Shown here: positions 60,068 to 64,000 of the stretch, piece after piece
How the letters are laid out: every line of letters begins with the position of its first letter
Numbering within the stretch: the stretch's first letter is position 1
Notes under the pieces: model-generated
The model's input: only the letters and a program-made list of their open reading frames with translations
Told to the model about the DNA's origin: nothing
Databases searched by the model: none
Translations under genes and position numbers: made by a program
Assembly: GCA_963719515.1 (NCBI GenBank)
Contig: CAVRCJ010000010.1
Location: forward strand, 544,001 to 608,000
DNA length: 64,000 nt
Direction of reading: 5' to 3'
Source of the DNA: an uncultured cyanobacterium
Lineage (GTDB): Bacteria > Cyanobacteriota > Cyanobacteriia > CAKZMO01

Positions 60068-61759
60068 ATGGCAAGAGACACGTCTAAAGATGGACTGAGC
60101 AACAAGCTTCTACTCTATATTTTGACTCACTTCAGGCCGATTTGGAGTCTTATTAAGAGTAGTAAATTTCTTAACCGAAAGGTCAACAAATTTTTAATCG
60201 ATAGCCTCTGCAACAAAGTTCCCAATCGGCCGCTTCCCTTCAGCATGATGACGCTGGACTCGTACAGCCCAGGTACAGATATTCCCAAAAAAGCAGACCT
60301 CTACACCTCTTGGGATTCTCTCACAGATCGTAGCTATACGGGCCGCCATCTTCCACCGGACCCCGACCTGAATCGAGAAGAAAATTTACCCGATCTGGCT
60401 GACTTAAAGGTCCTATTTCAGCAGCGAGACGGCCAAACCAGGTATTCGGAGAAATCGACGCTGCTGTTTCCCTATTTTGTACAGTGGTTCACCGACAGCT
60501 TTTTACGGATTGACCCTAAAAACCGGTATAAAAACACCTCCAATCACCATATCGATCTCTGCAACGTTTATGGCCTAACGCGGAAGCAAACCAATCTTCT
60601 GCGGGCCTTCCAGGGAGGAAAGCTGAAAACCCAGTGGCTCCAACGCTCAGACGGGATTGAAGAGGAGTACCCGCTGTTTTACTACGCCAACCCTGAGAGC
60701 GGAACGGTAGATCCTCAATTTGAAGGGCTCTACCAGGTTTTAGGAACGGAAGAGCGGCTGCGCCCCCAGCTCAAAGCAAAGCTATTTGCTATGGGGGTAG
60801 ACCGCGCCAACGTTCAGATTGGCTACGTCATGCTGACAACCCTCTGCGTGCGAGAGCACAATCGTCTCTGTATTGTTTTAGCAGAGCACTATCCCGATTG
60901 GGATGACGAGCGCCTCTTTCAGACGGCTCGCAACATCACGATTGTGATGCTGCTGAATATCATTATGGAGGAGTATATTTCCCACATCACCCCTTACCAT
61001 TTTACTTTTTTCGCCGATCCAGAAGGCTTTGCCAGTTCGAGCTGGAATAAACCTAACTGGATGGCGATTGAATTTAGCTTTGTCTATCGGTGGCATAGCG
61101 CAATTCCAAAGACGATTGTCTATCAAGGCCAAGACCTGGGTTTAGGCGAATCCCTATGGAACAATCAGCTAATCATCGATCAAGGATTAGGGGCTTTGAT
61201 GGAAGAAACCTGTTCTCAGCCGGGCGCTTTGATTGGGCTGTTTAATACGCCTGATTTTCCCATGTCAAAACCAGAGAGGCAGGAGAAATCGGCGTATCAG
61301 GAGAAATCAGCGAAGTGGGAACCGACGTTTATCGATGCCACTGAGCTGGCAACCGTTGCGCTAGGCCGAAAGATGCAGCTGGCGAGCTACAACGACTACC
61401 GGAAACTATGTGGCTTTCCCAAAGTCACGGATTTCGACCAAATTACTGGAGATGAGTATACCCAGCAAAAGCTCAAAGAAATTTATGGAGACGTGGACAA
61501 GATTGAGTTCTTCGTCGGTCTTTATGCCGAGGATGTGCGCGAAGGGTCTACTATTCCGGCTCTCGTAGCTCGTCTAATTGGCATTGATGCTTTCTCACAG
61601 GCGCTGACGAATCCTTTGCTAGCCCCCCAAATTTATAATCCACAAACGTTTTCTCCGGTAGGGTGGGAGATCATCCAGCAGACAAAAACGATGTCGGACT
61701 TGGTGAACCGCAATGTTCCGGCGAGCGATCGCCCCTTCAAAGTGACTTTCGACCTGTAG
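60068..61759 (+). CDS. Animal heme peroxidase family, cyclooxygenase-like fatty-acid dioxygenase
   Basis: YTGRHLPP, REHNRLC, WDDERLFQTAR, EFSFVYRWHS, SYNDYR, FSQALTNPL. Confidence 0.88.
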   Translation: MARDTSKDGLSNKLLLYILTHFRPIWSLIKSSKFLNRKVNKFLIDSLCNKVPNRPLPFSMMTLDSYSPGTDIPKKADLYTSWDSLTDRSYTGRHLPPDPDLNREENLPDLADLKVLFQQRDGQTRYSEKSTLLFPYFVQWFTDSFLRIDPKNRYKNTSNHHIDLCNVYGLTRKQTNLLRAFQGGKLKTQWLQRSDGIEEEYPLFYYANPESGTVDPQFEGLYQVLGTEERLRPQLKAKLFAMGVDRANVQIGYVMLTTLCVREHNRLCIVLAEHYPDWDDERLFQTARNITIVMLLNIIMEEYISHITPYHFTFFADPEGFASSSWNKPNWMAIEFSFVYRWHSAIPKTIVYQGQDLGLGESLWNNQLIIDQGLGALMEETCSQPGALIGLFNTPDFPMSKPERQEKSAYQEKSAKWEPTFIDATELATVALGRKMQLASYNDYRKLCGFPKVTDFDQITGDEYTQQKLKEIYGDVDKIEFFVGLYAEDVREGSTIPALVARLIGIDAFSQALTNPLLAPQIYNPQTFSPVGWEIIQQTKTMSDLVNRNVPASDRPFKVTFDL

Positions 61760-61930
61760 ACGAAACATCTGAGTAGTGATGCCGCTCCCACACCCTAAAT
61801 TGACCACGATTCCGCTGCTAATGTCGGCCCGCTTCAATACCTCAAGCACTACGGGTGCGGCATGTTCAGCAAGGTGGCCAAATCTCGCGTCATGAATGTG
61901 GGCCAGATCGGCTTTGTAGGCAGGCTACAT
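61760..61930 (-). pseudogene. Class I SAM methyltransferase, 5' remnant
   Basis: GGAG RBS then M*PAYKADLAHIHDARFG...VVNLGCGSG; stop at codon 2, homology ends at the peroxidase stop. Confidence 0.6.
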
Positions 61931-62068
61931 GCGGTCTCCTTGGGAATGTCAGCGTACGCCATGGGTGACGTTGATAATAAACCGGTTGCTTGGGGCCCCC
62001 AAACCCCTTGGCAGGGGGACGGGATGCCTCCTCTAGACCCCCTGCATACGAGAGCGCTTGTGAGAGCT

Positions 62069-62722
62069 TTAGGGTTTGGGTGGGGCGATCTGAGCTTTTG
62101 CTTCAATCCTCTCGGGTGATTCATTCAGGGCTTTGTTTAGCGGCGTCCCCATTTGGCTGAGATTGAGCACGTGGCCTGCTGTAACTAGGTACGTCGTGTC
62201 GGCGATCGCTCCCACGGCGCGAGTTACTGCCCCCAGGCGATCGCGAAACCGTCGCCCGATGGGGTAGCTGGGCACTATGCCCCAGCCCACTTCCTCCGCC
62301 ACCAGGATGACGTCCGCCGCTGTGTGCTGCAGAGACTGAAGCAAATTGTCCAAGGTCTCTTGCCAGGCAGCCTCACCCTGGTCCAGCACATTGGCTAGCC
62401 AGGTGCCCAGCGAGTCCACCAGCAGGCATTGATCTGTCATGGCGCTCTGAATCATTGCGGGTAGCGCCACCGGCACCTCGGCGCTCCTCCAGTCCGGCGG
62501 GCGGCGCTGCTGATGCTGCTGGATGCGGGTTTGCCACTCGGGGTCATCAGGGGTTTCGAGGGCGGTGGCGACGTAGATTACCTGCTGCCCGGCTTGCTGT
62601 CGCTGAGTGGCGATCGCCTCGGCCCATTCGCTTTTACCGGAGCGGGCGGGCCCGGTGACTAAAATACGCGAGTTGGGTTTTTCTCGGTCCACTGCGCTAC
62701 CAGCTGCGCTGTCTTTGCTCAC
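62069..62722 (-). CDS. cobU: Bifunctional adenosylcobinamide kinase / cobinamide-phosphate guanylyltransferase
   Basis: GPARSGKS, YVATA, HQQRRP, LVDSLGTW, EEVGWGIVP, FRDRLG. Confidence 0.93.
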   Translation of the reverse strand: MSKDSAAGSAVDREKPNSRILVTGPARSGKSEWAEAIATQRQQAGQQVIYVATALETPDDPEWQTRIQQHQQRRPPDWRSAEVPVALPAMIQSAMTDQCLLVDSLGTWLANVLDQGEAAWQETLDNLLQSLQHTAADVILVAEEVGWGIVPSYPIGRRFRDRLGAVTRAVGAIADTTYLVTAGHVLNLSQMGTPLNKALNESPERIEAKAQIAPPKP

Positions 62723-64000
62723 GCTTCAAGTCCAAGACAGTCCAGCACAAAGGCATATTCAAACGCCGTTTCCTTCAGCCGCTCGTAGCGGCCGGAAGCG
62801 CCGCCGTGCCCCGCGCCTAGATTCGTTTTCAGCAGCAGGCGGTTGTCGTCAGTCTTGGCGACCCGCAGCTTGGCAGTCCATTTGGCCGGTTCCCAGAAGC
62901 CGACGCGCGGGTCATTTAGACCGGTGGTGACCAGCAGGTGGGGGTAGTCCTGGGCTTTAACGTTGTCGTAGGGCGAGTAGGAGAGCATGTAGTCGTAGTA
63001 CTCCTGCTCGCTGGGGTTGCCCCATTCGTCCCACTCCAGCACCGACAGCGGCAGGGAGGGGTCCAAGATTGTGGTGACGATATCGACGAAGGGTACGGCG
63101 GCGATCGCCCCCTTGAATAGGTCAGGGCGCTGATTTACCACCGCACCGATCAGCAGCCCTCCGGCACTGCCGCCGTAGATGGCTAATTGCTCAGGACTTG
63201 TCCAACTTTCTTTGACTAAGTGAGTGGCGCAGCTGATGAAATCGGTGAACGTGTTCTTCTTGTGGAGAAACTTACCCGCCTCATACCACTTGCGGCCCAT
63301 CTCTCCGCCGCCGCGAATGTGGGCAATGGCGCACACCATCCCCCGATCGAGCAGCGATAGGCGGGTAGAGGAAAAGGCGGCGGGATAGGGATAGCCATAG
63401 GAGCCGTAGCCGGCGAGCAGCAGGGGCGTCTCTTTGCTGCGAGGGGTGTCGCTGCGGTACACCAGGGAAATGGGGACCTCAGCGCCGTCTTTGGCCACCG
63501 CCATCAGCCGCTCACTGCGGTACTGGCTGCGATCGTATCCGCCTAGCACGGGCGTCTCTTTCTTCAGCTCCCGCTCGTAGGTCTCCATGTCGTAGTCAAA
63601 TACCGAGGGCGGGGTTACCAGAGAGGTATAGGTGAACCGCAGCACCTGGGCCTCAAACTCGGGCATAGTGCCGTCGTAGACTTCGTAGGTAGGCTCTGGG
63701 AAGGCGATCGCCTTCTCATCCCCCGTGGAAAATTTCTGAACGCGGATGGTGGGCAACCCCTCTTGCCGCTCATAGATGACTAAATGGTCTCTGAACACAT
63801 CAATGTCGCTCAGCATCACGTCTTCCCGGTGGGGGATCACCTCACGCCAGTTCTCCTTGCTCGGCGCGGTCACCGGCGTCACCATCAGCTTGAAGTTGAC
63901 TGCGTTTTCGTTAGTGACGATGTAGAACCGGTTAGTCTTGGGGTCTGCATCGTCCCCCGGATGATGGGAAATCCAATACTCGACGCCCTGCTGCCGGGGC
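62719..64000 (-). CDS. ptrB: Oligopeptidase B (S9A), 3' part; continues beyond the window
   Basis: GYGSYG, RGGGEMG, GGSAGG, NDPRV, AGHGG. Confidence 0.9.
   Translation of the reverse strand, partial: PRQQGVEYWISHHPGDDADPKTNRFYIVTNENAVNFKLMVTPVTAPSKENWREVIPHREDVMLSDIDVFRDHLVIYERQEGLPTIRVQKFSTGDEKAIAFPEPTYEVYDGTMPEFEAQVLRFTYTSLVTPPSVFDYDMETYERELKKETPVLGGYDRSQYRSERLMAVAKDGAEVPISLVYRSDTPRSKETPLLLAGYGSYGYPYPAAFSSTRLSLLDRGMVCAIAHIRGGGEMGRKWYEAGKFLHKKNTFTDFISCATHLVKESWTSPEQLAIYGGSAGGLLIGAVVNQRPDLFKGAIAAVPFVDIVTTILDPSLPLSVLEWDEWGNPSEQEYYDYMLSYSPYDNVKAQDYPHLLVTTGLNDPRVGFWEPAKWTAKLRVAKTDDNRLLLKTNLGAGHGGASGRYERLKETAFEYAFVLDCLGLEA

Noticed and set aside
61990..62045. G/C-run hairpin as an RNA gene
   Set aside because: Looks like a degenerate dispersed palindromic repeat; only one copy in this window
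1..64000. GCGATCGC over-representation as a novel repeat
   Set aside because: This is the well-known cyanobacterial HIP1 motif

Overview
Cyanobacterial chromosomal segment: the HIP1 octamer GCGATCGC is dense throughout and the gene families are typical of cyanobacteria. Housekeeping genes include purL-purF, nth, rseP, exbBD, amt, coaD, gltA, sixA, cobU, oligopeptidase B, a SNF2 helicase and comM/yifB. An accessory stretch at about 15.8-30.4 kb holds a broken toxin-antitoxin pair, a damaged IS605, an uncharacterised two-gene locus with a secreted CxxCH protein, a macro-like protein and a large G8/beta-helix protein. The most notable signal, invisible in the ORF track, is a set of IS200/IS605-family insertions. 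One complete tnpA+tnpB element splits a TSUP transporter gene, and one decayed element has lost its left end. Two protein-free mini-elements (53009-53458 and 58105-58496) both insert after TTTAG, end in TCAC, carry a -10 box at the same offset, and enclose different structured RNA-like interiors. One of them splits sixA. An unannotated 57-aa DUF4278-like gene with a perfect NtcA box lies at 52835-53008. Four genes carry apparent 1-nt frameshifts, possibly assembly errors. I found no rRNA, tRNA or CRISPR array.
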